Shown here: piece after piece, positions 48,242 to 60,865 of the stretch
How positions within the stretch are numbered: the stretch's first letter is position 1
Layout: each line of letters begins with the position of its first letter
Assembly (NCBI GenBank): GCA_047495785.1
Contig: JBLDXI010000009.1
Location: forward strand, 4,898,001-4,962,000
DNA from: Lepidodermella squamata
Lineage: Eukaryota > Animalia > Gastrotricha
Reading direction: 5' to 3'
DNA length: 64,000 nt
The notes under the pieces: model-generated
The model's input: the letters and a program-made list of their open reading frames with translations, nothing else
Databases searched by the model: none
What the model was told of the DNA's origin: nothing
Translations under genes and position numbers: made by a program

Positions 48242-48455
48242 CGGTTGGCTCATCCGGAATTTTTTTAATTCTAAGAAAATTAGTTAATCCATGTAGAGAA
48301 TTTTCTCTATCCAACGATATAAAATTTACCCGGTAACTATTTTATTTTCCAATATTTTTGTGTTAAAAAAATACAATAAAATTTGATATCAATAATTAGA
48401 GAAAATTCTCCAATTGTTTTCTTAGAATTTATTAAAATTTCGGATGAGCCAACCG
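48242..48455. mobile_element. MITE-like inverted-repeat element
   Basis: CGGTTGGCTCATCCGGAATTT...TTCTAAGAAAA...AGAATTTTCTCTA pairs with TAGAGAAAATTCT...TTTTCTTAGAA...AAATTTCGGATGAGCCAACCG. Confidence 0.7.
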
Positions 48456-48590
48456 TGGCAGAAGAATGGCAGAGTTGCCGAAAATCTGCAAAAACAGCTG
48501 CTGTTTTCAACAAATGCTAGAAAATTAATCATGCGAGCCTACAAGATGCCCCTAGTAATAAAATCTTTTAACTAAAAAGGTTAAAAATAT

Positions 48591-48812
48591 ATGAGACTTT
48601 TCGCAATTCTCCTATTGATTGCTGCATGATGTGCTCTTTAGCTGAATGCTGCCTGGCTCTATCCAGAATACGAGGATTCGCCGGACGAATTCAATGATTC
48701 CTGGTCTACTATAACACGCAGCAAGGTTTCTGAACCCGGCCGGCAGTCACAATTCGGCCGTTTCAAGTTCTACCGAATGCCGTCGATGCGAGGCGCCGGA
48801 TTTTTCATTTAA
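48591..48812 (+). pseudogene. Pseudogenised copy of the 9445-9663 secreted peptide gene
   Basis: Colinear with copy 1 but has TGA at codon 13 (48627) and CAG>TAG at 48639, both within the signal peptide. Confidence 0.85.
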
Positions 48813-48973
48813 CGAAGCTTTGTAGTTTTTTCGTTAAAATAAAGCAAGCATAAAGCATACAATGATAATCATGCTTCCTTTTTATATGATTCGATAAGGA
48901 TTCACTGAAATATATTCCCTCAAAGCATCTTCCCAATTAGGTATAACACTTTTATTTAAAGCTAAGTAACCAT

Positions 48974-50986
48974 TTATGCGAAGCTCTGGTAGAAGTTGCT
49001 CTCTTCAGGTTTTTGCTGTTCAGCTTCAGGGCAGCAGCAAGCTACACATTGATTGACTCGCCTCGGGTACCTGCGTGCCAGATAAGCCAGTTTTCTACAG
49101 AAGAAAAGTGAAGAATTCCAAAGGCTAAGATAACTCTCGAAACTCACCCTCTTGCGCAGCAGCAAATAACAACATTAATTGCTACTGTAATTACGGCGGC
49201 AAAAATAACAGCTACAGCGATGGCCCAGCCCGGGAAAGATTGCGAGTGGCGTGCTTCCTGAGCACCCGGATCTTTCTGAGCCTCAAATCCAGGTCCTCCC
49301 AGCATGCCGTTGCTCTGGTTCAAATAAACATTCTCTCTGACATAGTAGTAAACAGTCCTCTTCGTTGGCGCTTGTGAAGTTGTAGTAGATGTTGTAGATG
49401 TTTTAGATGTTGTAGTTGCCGGCAGTATGAATGGTGCTGGAGTTTTGAAGCCGATTGATTGAGGCTGGTAAAGGTAACCACCCTGGCGGAAATCTTGTGG
49501 AACCGCGGGAGCCACACCATTCGAGTCAAAATCTTGTAAAGCAGGCCCTGAACAGAGGATAGCCTTTCTGTTGGACCCAGGTTGACCAGGAACTGGTAGA
49601 TCTGAGCAGACGAACGGTTCCCATGAAAAATTAGGACCGATCATTCGAACGCAATCTTCCTGTGTCTTAGTTGGCGAGAGTCCAGCGGGAATCCCTTCAC
49701 TCCAGTAGCTGAAAGACTCATAACCCGAGCCATCGGGCCAAACTACAGTATTAAACCTATAATCTATGCTTCGGAGGAGGTATCACGCTTACCGAAGTCA
49801 GATGCTGTAGCTCCAATATAGAATATCCGTTCGATAGAGCCTGAGACAGTGCGGCGTAGTAGTACGTCGATCACGGTTTGAGTAGCCTACAATTCGAAAA
49901 ATTAACAGTGTTTGATACAGCATAAACAAAACAAACCGGACTGTCTATCAGTGCGATTTCTCCAGAATTCTTCCAGCAATACTTGACCGCATCCCAGAAG
50001 GACAGCTTGGCATCTTCAACCAGCACGTAAATAGAATCTGTCATAGCTGTTGAACTGCCGAGCGTATCGGGAAAGCGGCATAAAAATGAATGTTCCTTTT
50101 CGCAATCCTCCGAGTACCAACGATTGCGCCCTGCGAGAGTCCCATCGAACACTGCACATTTTTTCGCCCCGGTGGAGTCAGGATTGCCAGGAGCCCAGCT
50201 TATATCAAACGCGCGGGTATTATTCTCAGCAATGTCACGTTTCGGTTGGCGGACCTGGTACACGTTAACAGAATTTGAACCGCCACAAAATTCTTCATTA
50301 CTCGAGCCAGGGCATTTGGCATCGCAGTTGGACGAAGGCTTATCCCAAGAAAATTGGTCGCTGCAGTAACACCGGTTTGAATCAAAAATAGCCGCGAAAA
50401 GTGACGCATTGCAGTGTTTCAAGCACAGATCGGTTGTCATTTCGCTATCCTTCAGCAGATCGAAACCGTTGTCATTCAGTGCTTCGTAACAGCCGTGATT
50501 TGACAGTGGTTGGAATGTATTTGAATTCACCCATTTCCAGAGAGTTTGGACCCGCTTTAATCCGATTAGAAGTTCATCAAAGCCGAAATTCGGTCCCAAT
50601 CTCGATAAGTACCTCTGCTGCTCCACATTTCGAATTATCCCTAGATTCTTTCCATATTTCATGCAGAATTTGCCGGCAGCAGCGAATACACTTGTTTCAT
50701 TCGTATTTAGGAGGCGGAAATCAGCGTAGTAAGACGCAAATTCCTGGCTGTTGAACGGTACGACGCGGAAGCATGTCGCCCTATCTTCAGACACGTGATA
50801 CAAGTCGTCCTGGAATGGGCATAGTCGCTGAGAGTCGATTTGTCGTTTTCTTCGAATCAACGGATCATCGCCGTATTCGTCATCAACGATCGGCGTTTCA
50901 GACTCAACACCCGCAGATTTTGCCAGACGATTGCTGGCTGAGAAGAGCAAACAAATAATTCCGAGTCGAAAACTGACTTGGTTCAT
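48974..50986 (-). CDS. CTL[WSC]-CTL type I membrane receptor (paralog D, recent duplicate of B)
   Basis: Exons 50986-49937, 49886-49793, 49742-49148, 49094-48974 give an intact frame highly similar to paralog B, with the same intron positions. Confidence 0.88.
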
Positions 50987-51405
50987 TGTATTCTCACCCC
51001 TCGGTGGATGTCTTAGGGTGATAGGAAGAGGCGATGAGGGTCTTGGCGCGCATAAATTGTGAAAGCGGCCTTAGATACACGCTTCTTGAAAAAAATGGCG
51101 CAGGTCCTTTACACAGGAATGAAAGCGCGTCACATGAATAAGAACTCAATAGGATTTCCTACGAAGGTATACGCCGAATGAAAGGGAGATAAGTGATATT
51201 TATCCTACCTGGGCTAGAGACTGCATCGGTCGCGCAGTCGCTTGACTTGATAGACTGCGAAATCTAGTTGTTATCTACTGAAACTCAAAAAATTTGAGAA
51301 AGGAGTATTTGCTTTTCGATTTTTTAAATTAATTAAAATTATAATGGGCATGCTAGATTGCCTAAAAAGTAGTTGCGAGCCGCACTCTCTGCAAATTCAG
51401 CTCAA

Positions 51406-51605
51406 ATATCGCTCCTTCCGCGCCAGAACAGTGTGCCGGAAATAGAAACAAATGGCGTAATGCATTTGATGCGCAGAAAAAACTGGCGTTCAACTTTTTT
51501 TCCAGCGATCAGGCACGCGACTGACTTGGCGAAGATGCAAAAAGTTAGTTTTACGCCATTTGTTTCTATTTCCGGCACACTGTTCTGGCGCGGAAGGAGC
51601 GATAT
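51406..51605. mobile_element. Young 200-bp MITE with perfect 55-bp terminal inverted repeats
   Basis: 51406-51460 ATATCGCTCCTTCCGCGCCAGAACAGTGTGCCGGAAATAGAAACAAATGGCGTAA is the exact reverse complement of 51551-51605. TA at both ends. Confidence 0.88.
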
Positions 51606-52114
51606 ATTCACCGCATTGAGCTTAGCAGCGTGTTTTCATCAGCACTTACTTCCACTTATTCTGGGAGTCTCATCATTTGTTGTGGATTGTTATGGATCAA
51701 TACTAGGTAATAGAAACAAAATTACCTTTGCATCACCTTCCGTTGGTGTGCTGCCAGCTTTTGCTGCTAAATTCAGTTTTTACCATGTATAAAGGGTGCA
51801 TCGATTTGGGACCCCATTTGTTATATCTGACAGCAGCTCATAACAAACGTGAGGACTTGAAATATACCGTAACAAATTATTACGATGGTGATCGTTCTTC
51901 TTTTTTCATCATCTTGTTAGCCTTGCGCCAAAAGGGCAGTTTAGTTGACTTCACTTGCCCGTAGAGCGGGCTAGTCTTTAGCACGTTACCCAACACGTTA
52001 TGCAGCGGCCGTACTTATCATACGCGATAGCTATTTTTAGTAAAGTGGACCTTTTGGCGCGAGCCTAACGACCTGGTCAGGCGTGGATCGAAAAATCTAG
52101 GTAAGGTGGCTTAC

Positions 52115-52299
52115 CTGAGCAGGTAGGGTGCGTCCCATGACCTCATCAATGATGCTGACTGCTGCCGACTGCGAATCCAGAAACGGTTCGTGGAAACGGC
52201 AGCTTCCCGTCCATCATCCGATACCCAATAATTGCGCTCGTTGACCATGGCCGCAGTCGCCGTCGCAAGAAAAATCCAGCCACGCCTCATCGTGGCAAC
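52115..52299 (-). other. Isolated exon-like segment of unknown gene
   Basis: TTTTTTCCCAG acceptor and CAG|GTAAG donor flank a GC-richer 185-nt segment open in one frame (MRRGWIFLATATAAMVNERNYWVSDDGRE...). Partner exons not identified. Confidence 0.3.
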
Positions 52300-54624
52300 C
52301 TGGGAAAAAATTCTAATTTACTGCAATTCAGTCTTAACTTTAAATGAGACCAAAATGACAAATTATATTTCAAATTATATTTGAGCTGCGAATTTTGATT
52401 AAAAATTAATGGCAACCTTGATGATGTTTCACGCGGGAAAGTTTTAATCGATTTTTGATTCGAAAACTTCACATCATGCGGTAAGTGCCGACGTAAAAAA
52501 CACGCTCTGTCGGTACCAGGTCGGGTGCATGTTGTGTGTGTCGTGTGTCGTGCATGTATTTGTTCCGCCCTATTTTTATATGTTTTAATTCGAATTTATA
52601 AGCTCCAGGTATCGGCAGCTCCGCAATTGTTTGTGCGGTGTGCATTTAACAGCCAGAATCCTACTACTAGAAATAGCTTGCCGTTAGTAACGTTTAACTG
52701 ATGTTAGGCTGATATCTTTTTGATACATAAGTATCTTCTCGAAGTAACAACCATTATCACCCGTATTTGCGTATAGATAAAATCTATCCATTTTTATTCA
52801 TTTCCAACTACTGGCAACTGTCGAGGTCTTGCTGCTTGCTGCTTTCCTGCTTGGCCTATCTTGTCTTTCCTCTTCTGTCAAGATCATCGAAAACATTGTC
52901 TGTGTTGAAAAATAAAAATACTACAATCTGCTCTCTGCCTTATCAAGCATAGGCCGCCTTCCTATGCTTTTATTGAAGTTCGGTTCTGATCTGAACTTTC
53001 AAAGCATTCTTATCCATGTTAAAATGAACACTGCGCAAACAACGTCCGTCGCAGATCGAAATGATCATTTCCATGCTGTAAGCTGTATCAAAATGAAGCA
53101 AGCCGCTTTCAGATCTAGTGTACCTCGAGATGGTGGGAAGAGTTGAACGTTAAAGCCATGGTTAATTTCTTATTTTTGCAAACGTCATGCGAATCGCGGG
53201 CAATATATGGGCTTTTTCCGAACTTACAATGTTTCGAAAACTCCAATCAATCAATGCTGAAAAATGAAATGAGCCCCATATAAATACGTAGCACCATTTA
53301 TTCGTTTCTGGCTCGATTCATGGCCAACTAGGTGTATCTGAATGCATTAGTAAAATTAGAATTCTTTGATTCCGAGTGCTTCATTCATTTCTCTTTCATG
53401 ATTGCTATTCCCTATATTTCGACTTGATAGCTCTAACTCTAGGCTTACTTACTCTGAGCCTATTGCTCTTTCGCGCGGGGTCTTCAAACAGGTGGGAACC
53501 ATTAAGAACATTATTACGTCTTGATCTAGTATTCGAGATAAACCAATGATTATAATTAATCAAGCTTACGTTTAGTTTGAATCAGTATCTTTCTCCATTC
53601 TCTGAGTCCAATTATGTAAATATTAGGCGCTTGGTCAATAAGTTTGTGTATCCTAAATTCAAACGGTTGGTGATCCTTCATCAGTACTTTATCATTTCCT
53701 TCGCTCATTAATCATGTCTTATTAAGCATTCCGCCTAACGTGCTATCTCTGAATAGTTTAGTAGCACCACTTGAATGTTTTTTGCTCTACGCGGCATTTT
53801 GTTTGTTTTCTCGCATAATTTAACGGAATTAATGCAATTACTTACGCAGGTGTTTTGTTATTTCATATCGATGTTGTTCATAATTACATCCATTTGTGTG
53901 AACTGCTTGTGAATAGCCATTTCATCGACCGTAAATTTCTGGCTCATCTCGCCGCCAACTAAGCTGCTTTATGCTCCTCGCATCTGTTGACTTATTCATT
54001 TAAAGCTTATTCGTCGATTGGGGAAGTTCGAATTTTGGTATCATGTGCGATATAACTTCTAACTCCTTCAATTTATTTTGCGTGCTAGCGGCTTCTCACG
54101 CAATTATCACAGTTTCAATATCCGCGCGCTATCGTAGTATGTCTTCATTTATTTTCCGAGGCCGAAAAAATTGAGCGGGACACACACTTAGACATGCGCT
54201 AGTATCATTTTTATTGCTTTTTTATTTTCTTACAATTTTTCGATTATTCGTCGGGTAATGTTTCAGTATTACTTTCTGATAGTAGACGAGTAATACAGCG
54301 CCGCTGTTCTAGGGTGAATTATCGATTAATTCATCATGGCTAGCTTTTTCGCTCGCTCTACTCTCTAGTACAAACGCTATGATGTATCAGCTGAATGGCG
54401 ATGGTGGGGGCGATCGCGAGCTGTATATATGCATATACATATATATATTTTCTCATTCCCTATCGTGTTTTCATTATTTTTTATTCCACATTAATGAATT
54501 CGCACTTGCCCTCTCGTAAAAAGTCATTTGGAAAAATCTGCATTTATTTATAGTGTAATCGTTAATTTTCAATTCAAAGAGTGAAGCTCAATATAAAATG
54601 CCGGCAATTTAGGAAAAAATAGCG

Positions 54625-57600
54625 ATGTCCTTAATCTCCAGTTATTTGTAAGTTATTTTCTGATCAATGATTTACTAATCACATTCAAATTTCATTCAAC
54701 AGACAAGAATTCGACCGGTTATTTGCGGTTAGTGATGACTCGATACTCTGGTATGACCGGTTAGCTCTAGCCGGGCTGAAAGGGGAATTACGAAACTGCC
54801 GATTTCGCTCAGTTTGCTGGCGGGTAATTATTTTCGTAATTACCAAGATGACTTCAATTGTATCCGGAAATTTCAGGTATTTTTGGGCGTTTTACCTCGA
54901 GAGCGTGAATCATGGTTGCAGGCGACAAGCGAAAGCCGACGCGATTATGAGCTGAAACGCCGACAGGTACTGATATTTCAGCAGCTTTTCCGTTCTATAT
55001 TGAAAAATATCGATTTTAGATGTTGTTTGCGAGATGAAATTTGAATGCGATACAATACATGTGTATTGTAGGGTAGTAGGGGAAAAATATTTCCGCTTAA
55101 TTTGCGCCCGCGCGCTTTCCTGTTTACTACCTCTGAATTTTCAGGGAAAACGCGAAATTTGAGGTTCAAATTTATAAAAAGGAATGAAAAAATCTGGGGA
55201 CAAATTTAAACGATTGAATTTAATATTGAAACGAAGAAATGACTGATCAATTTAATTTATTTTCAGGTTTTGGAAAATTCAACGGCTCAAAATAGTAAAT
55301 TCAATACGAATGAAGATGGCTCGACCACAGTCGCGAATTTTGCGCCAAGTCCGTGGAATCGAACTATGGACGATGACCAAGAATTGCGGCAAACAATCGA
55401 CCAAGACGTTGTTAGAACGTAATTTTGCGAGAAAAAAACCGTGAAATTGAACGAAAAATTGGATTTTTTTAGCCATCCTCGCGTTCAATTTTTCAATCTT
55501 CCACAAATTCAACACCTCATGTCCGATATATTGTTCGTGTTCGCGAAGTTGAATCCGCATTTGCAGTACCGCCAGGGCATGCACGAACTGCTAGCGCCGC
55601 TGGTTTTTGTGCTTCGTGCCGATCACCAGGCTTTTGAACACGTTCGTGGTGAAGCAGATTTTTCGCCGGCTGATTTCAAGTATTATCCTAATTTTTCTTT
55701 TGACCAAAATTATTTGACGTTTTTCCCTTTCTCAATTAGCCAAGAGATTGTGCAACTTGTCGATGGAGATTATTTCGAACACGACGCTTTGTAAGTCCTT
55801 AATATTATCCAGCACAATATTCATTTTTTCTGAATGGAATAATTTCGTGAACATTTCAGTTTTATAGAAATATCTGAAATTGAAATGAAAACTTCGAATA
55901 TTTCGTATTTTCTTTTTGTGGCAGTCGTTATTTGGAATTGGGGAAAGATGCTGCCATTTTTCTGATTGGAATAAATTCATGATTTATGATTGATATAGGA
56001 AATTACTGAGATGGAATGAACAGTCCCCGTATTCTAGATCCATTATTATCCATTTAATTGCGTGGGCGAAATAGCATCTTTCAGTTGAACCGAGCATTGG
56101 AATATTAGATTAGCTTCAAATGGACTGTGAAACGCCAAATTCCGAAAAATCATCCTCAGAAAGGCTCATGAGTTACGATATAAATCAGCGAAATTATTCA
56201 AAGTAAGACGTCGGCATGAGTAAGTGGAAAACCTTCGCAAATATTTGAGATTGGTGCCAGTTGATAAAACCTGGTTTTGCTTATAAGCCATTCCGTTCAA
56301 AGTGACGATATCAAAATGATAATGAATGACCAATGGTATTACTTTTTGTTATTCGAGATTATTAGATTGACCTGATGCGTTGGATTCTGAGCAATTGGCT
56401 AACCCAAGATTATCTAAGGTTTTTAGAATGAAATCCCGTCAATTGAAAAGTTGAGAAATTATTCGATAGTTTAGGTTATTTCAGCTGGTAGCTCAAAGCT
56501 GATTTTATCAAATTTTTCCACTACGATTTGTTCCTTATCCTCCTAAAATTGCGTTGTTGCCGAGTCAAATCCAATTTTGATCAAATTCAGCGCTAAATTT
56601 GATCTTCAGACCATCTAAGTCTCGTTATCGTTTTTAAATCGCAATTTGATTTAGATTCGTCTCGATGAAGCTATCAATGAAAATTTCCGCAAGATTGCTT
56701 AAAATTTCTCTAATTAATTTCTTAATTATTCGTCCTTTATATCATATAAAGTTGATGAACGTTTTGATTTCAGATTTATTTTATGTTCGATTTTTCTATT
56801 TTTTCAGTGCTATGTTCTGCCGGGTGATGCGCGTTGTCGAGCCGTGGTACTCATCGGCGCAACTCATGACAGCGCCGCGGTTCCCCGAAAGCAACCCGCA
56901 ACCTCAATCACCCCCACCTGCTGCTTTCCCTCAACCAACCGCTACAGAAAATGGTGCTGAGCCCGTCGTCGCATCTCACCCTCCGCCTCGACCGGCGGCT
57001 CGCAAGCAGTCGACACCGAACGCGGCCGAGCGGGAAATTCTTGCACGGTTGCAGCATATCCACTCGGGGCTACTCAAAGATATCGACCCCTCGTTGTAAG
57101 TTTGCGTAGAGGAAAAAATAACCATGTCTTGTTTACTTTTACTTTTTGATTCATGCATAAAAAATTGATGCCGTATAATTTGTGTTTTTTCTACGTATAT
57201 CTATATGCCGATAGTTGCTAAGTCTGAGTAAATATTGCACTCGAAATTGAACGCAAGTTGGGCTATCGTGTAATTGAAATGAGTGTAAGCTTCTAATAAT
57301 CCATTAAATCCTTATTAGAGCGGAAATAGAGCACTAAAATGAATTTCAGGGGCGTCTGAGAGGAAATCGATGTCCAGGCTAGACTTCGTTTTTGCGTCAA
57401 CGATTTCGTAATTCGTAGCCGTATAGGTGTGTCGTTGACAGTCAATCAAGGTAGCCGACAGACCCTGATTTGTTTTTGGGCCGTAAAAATGGATGAAAAT
57501 CTTCGAAAAATCCAATGTCGAAACAGAAATGACATTGACTAATATTGTGGAATCCAATGACCTCTATCACTACTGAGTATTGAATAATTTTGTCATAATG

Positions 57601-60600
57601 AAAAATTGTTGGACCTGTAATCATTGCATACCTAGATTCTCAAATTCCAGAATCTCATAATACTAATTGCGACTCGGGAAAATTGAGTACTCAACTCTCA
57701 AATTAACCGAAAACTTTGATAATAAGTCCCTCGTTGCTTCCCAGATTTTGAGTATAACCTACACAGCCAAAGACAATTTAACCAGATTTATCAAGTTTAT
57801 TTAATCAAATTTACAAATTGTTCATTTGCCGATATTGGAAATATTGAAAGCTATGAAACTATCCAGGATACTTGGGTTTATCAGTTAGATTGGAAAGTCA
57901 AGGTTGCCTTGGGTCATTTGTGACCAGAATCGCCTTGGAGTTCAAATTTGAGAATTTTTGTGAGAATAGAGGCTATGGTCAGAAAAATGTCTCAGAATTT
58001 GTGGCTAAATGCTCGTATTTTTGCTTTAATTTCAAGAAAAAAACGTGCTGTCAATTTAGTGGAACTGAATTTCTAAAAAATGATTCTCAAAATTGTTGAA
58101 CATTTAAAAGAAAATATTTCAAATTCTTGAATTTTATGCAATTACTTTTCATGGCCTCAATCATTTCTTGGAATCCTGCTTATACACAACTTAGGAATTT
58201 TTCGAGTGAAGACTTCACTGGAATAATCGACGCGATTTCAGTATTTGTTCGAAAAATCAGGAAAACATTCTTTCGATTGTTTTGAAAAGTTTACCCTTCG
58301 TATATTCAGTATTTGGTGCCTAGTTTTCAAATTGTCCACCGCAGACAGATAGATGGAATTCGCTCTCTTTTAACTTTGAAAAATTTTATCTAAAAATGTG
58401 CCAACATTAAAAATAATTTTGTTATTTTTTCTAATAGATTTCAACACCTGGAACGGTTGGACGTGGCGCCGCAGTTGTACGGCATCCGGTGGGTGCGTCT
58501 GCTCTTCGGCCGCGAGTTCACCATCCAAGACCTGCTCGTCCTCTGGGACGCCATCTTCGGCCACGACGCCGAGCTGCAACTCGTCGACTACGTGTTCGTC
58601 GCCATGCTCATCTACGTGCGCGAGCTGCTGCTGCACGGCGACTTCAGCGCGTGCCTGCACACGGTCATGCGCTACCCGCCCACCGCCGACGTCCAGTACC
58701 TGGTCGCCTCCGCGCTCTACCTGTCCGACCCGGCTCGATTCCCGCGCCCGCCGCCCTGCCAAGCCCTGCCGGTGATGATCCAGAACAACGTGATGGTCGG
58801 CACGGGCAAAACCGGCTCGCCTATGACGAACACGCCGCAGAGTAACCTGTCCCCGTCGGCGACATTCGCCGGTGAGCTCTTCGACCAGGCGGGCAGTTTT
58901 CTGAGCCGGGGCATCAATTCGCTGCAGAAGAAGATTGACGACGTGGCGGGCGGCGATGCGCTTGCTGGGCCGCGGGCGAGCCAAACCAGTCAGACTGGTG
59001 GCATCCCGAACTCGTCGTCGTCTTCCTCGCTTCGATTTTCGCGCTTTTTACCCGATGCGCTGATAACAGGTAATTTTTCCTATGGTTTCTGCCGAGTTTT
59101 GTTTTGCTACGAAATTTTTCGCATGAAATAACAGCTCGATCGGAAATAGGTAGCTATAATTGTGTGCTTTTTGAAATATTTTTTTATTATTTATTTCAAA
59201 TGAGTGGTTTGAAATATCTTGCTTGGAATTATTTTTAGACTAATTTATCATGCCAATTTAATGCGAAAGAAATATTAAACCTGGGTTTTTCGCTTAAATA
59301 TGACCCGAAAAGCTTCATCAAATCTGCTGTCTTCTTTCCTTGGAATTTTCAATATTCCCAAAGCTTTATCCTTGAACGGCTGGGACAGCGCCATTTTTTC
59401 GGCGAATGGCGTTTTTATGAGTGCCTAAGAGTGCTTATATTCATTCCTAGCTTCCTACAATACCGAAAAATGGCCTTCAAATTTCTATTTTTATCACATT
59501 TTTGATTGAATTTTCTAGAATTTTTCGAGAAATTCGCGCTCGTTTCATTAGTAGAGACACTCGGTGCATATTTTTTTAATTTATGCACTGAGAATTGAGG
59601 AGGGGTCATTTTCAGTTTCTAATTAAATTTCAACTCGATGTCAGTAGCAGCGATGCGTCAGATAGAAAGCAGGTCAACTCACTTCTAGAGTTTCAATAAC
59701 CGCCATTAGTCTATATTTCCAACTCGAGGCATGTCCACGTGCCTCGGCAATAAAATGCGGGGCTTCAACTTCAAAATAAAAGTCATTCGCTGCTTATCAT
59801 TGCCGATTGATAACCAGAGCCTGCGCTCGCTTCCGCATTCTCTGAACCGCATTCTATTCTGATTACCGTTGGTTTATATATTTTTTGTAAATCCATCCTC
59901 TTGGGAACTTCACTTGCCATTAAGCCTAAGAAATTTGGAACTTACGAAGGAAATCCGATGTTAACTGGCTCAGTAATTTACCATGTTGGATCTAATTTCC
60001 AACAATTGTCGTTGCATTTTGGATTTTTCTGGTGTGACTTCCCCTCTCATTTTATACTTTTTTGTCGGATTTTCGTGTCTTTTCTTTGTTTCCGTTACTA
60101 AAATGACATCGTACTACATACTGAGATAGGAAGATCTAGATTCACCCCAGCTTATTCACGCAGAAATTATTTCTAAAATTGGCAAAAATTGGCACGGTTT
60201 GAATTAGAAAATTGAGTGAACCCATTTTTTTTGAATTGATGTACTCGATTGAAAAGTAAACAATTCTCAAATTATATAATGTTCTCGATGATATTGGTTT
60301 TAATGACTGCGCGTTGCACTAGAATGCATTTTTTCATTTCGATTTTTTACTTGAATCATCCGGTTGATTTTTTTCAATTTTCATTTTTTTTAATTGAAAT
60401 ACAAATTTTCGTTATTTTTTATTAGGCGCGAAAAACCAGTCTGCCAGCGCGTCGAAATTTGTCGATAAATTTCTGTCAATGGGCCTGAACGACGAGGCGG
60501 GCTCTCCATCCGGCCCGCGGAGTCCGGCTCAGAAAACGAGGCGAAACCTGCCTCAACCACCGCCGCCCCCGCCGCCGAAACGGCCCGAACCGCCGAAATC

Positions 60601-60865
60601 ACTGCCCCGAAATTCGAGCCTCGACCAGTCGGCGCTGCTGAACGTGTGCCAGCGGGCTCTGGCCGATCTAGACGTGGCGCTTAACGATCTGAACATGCTG
60701 CGGCCGGTGCTCACTGAACCGAGACATGCGCAGGTAGCGGCTGACATTGCGCAGCGTGTCACTGCCGCGCGCAATTCGCTGCAGGTCATTTCGGGCCGGC
60801 CTCTAGTCGCCTCATCTTCGTCTTCGTCTCGCTCTTCTCCGTCACCCTCAGTCACTACGCCATAA
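54625..60865 (+). CDS. TBC1D5: TBC1 domain family member 5 (retromer-associated Rab7 GAP) ortholog
   Basis: Spliced translation MSLISSYLQEFDRLF...GLKGELRNCRFRSVCWRVFLGVLP...DQELRQTIDQDVVRTHP..FF...ILFVFAK.N..LQYRQGMHELLAPLVFVLRADHQAF...EHDA..MF...LERLDVAPQLYGIRWVRLLFGREFTIQDLLVLWDAIF matches TBC1D5. The Arg finger (DVxRT) and Gln finger (YxQGM) are intact. Confidence 0.93.

Noticed and set aside
48627-48641. In-frame TGA as possible selenocysteine or readthrough
   Set aside because: It is in a signal peptide, is followed four codons later by TAG, and the intact paralog has no Cys there; simple pseudogenisation fits better.
49743-49792. Apparent frameshift/stop making paralog D a pseudogene
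   Set aside because: The stop lies within a 50-nt GTAAGC...TGTAG intron; the spliced frame is intact.
51373-51792. Overlapping ORFs on both strands sharing the peptide ISLLPRQNSVPEIETNGV
   Set aside because: Artefact of the perfect 55-bp inverted repeat of the MITE.
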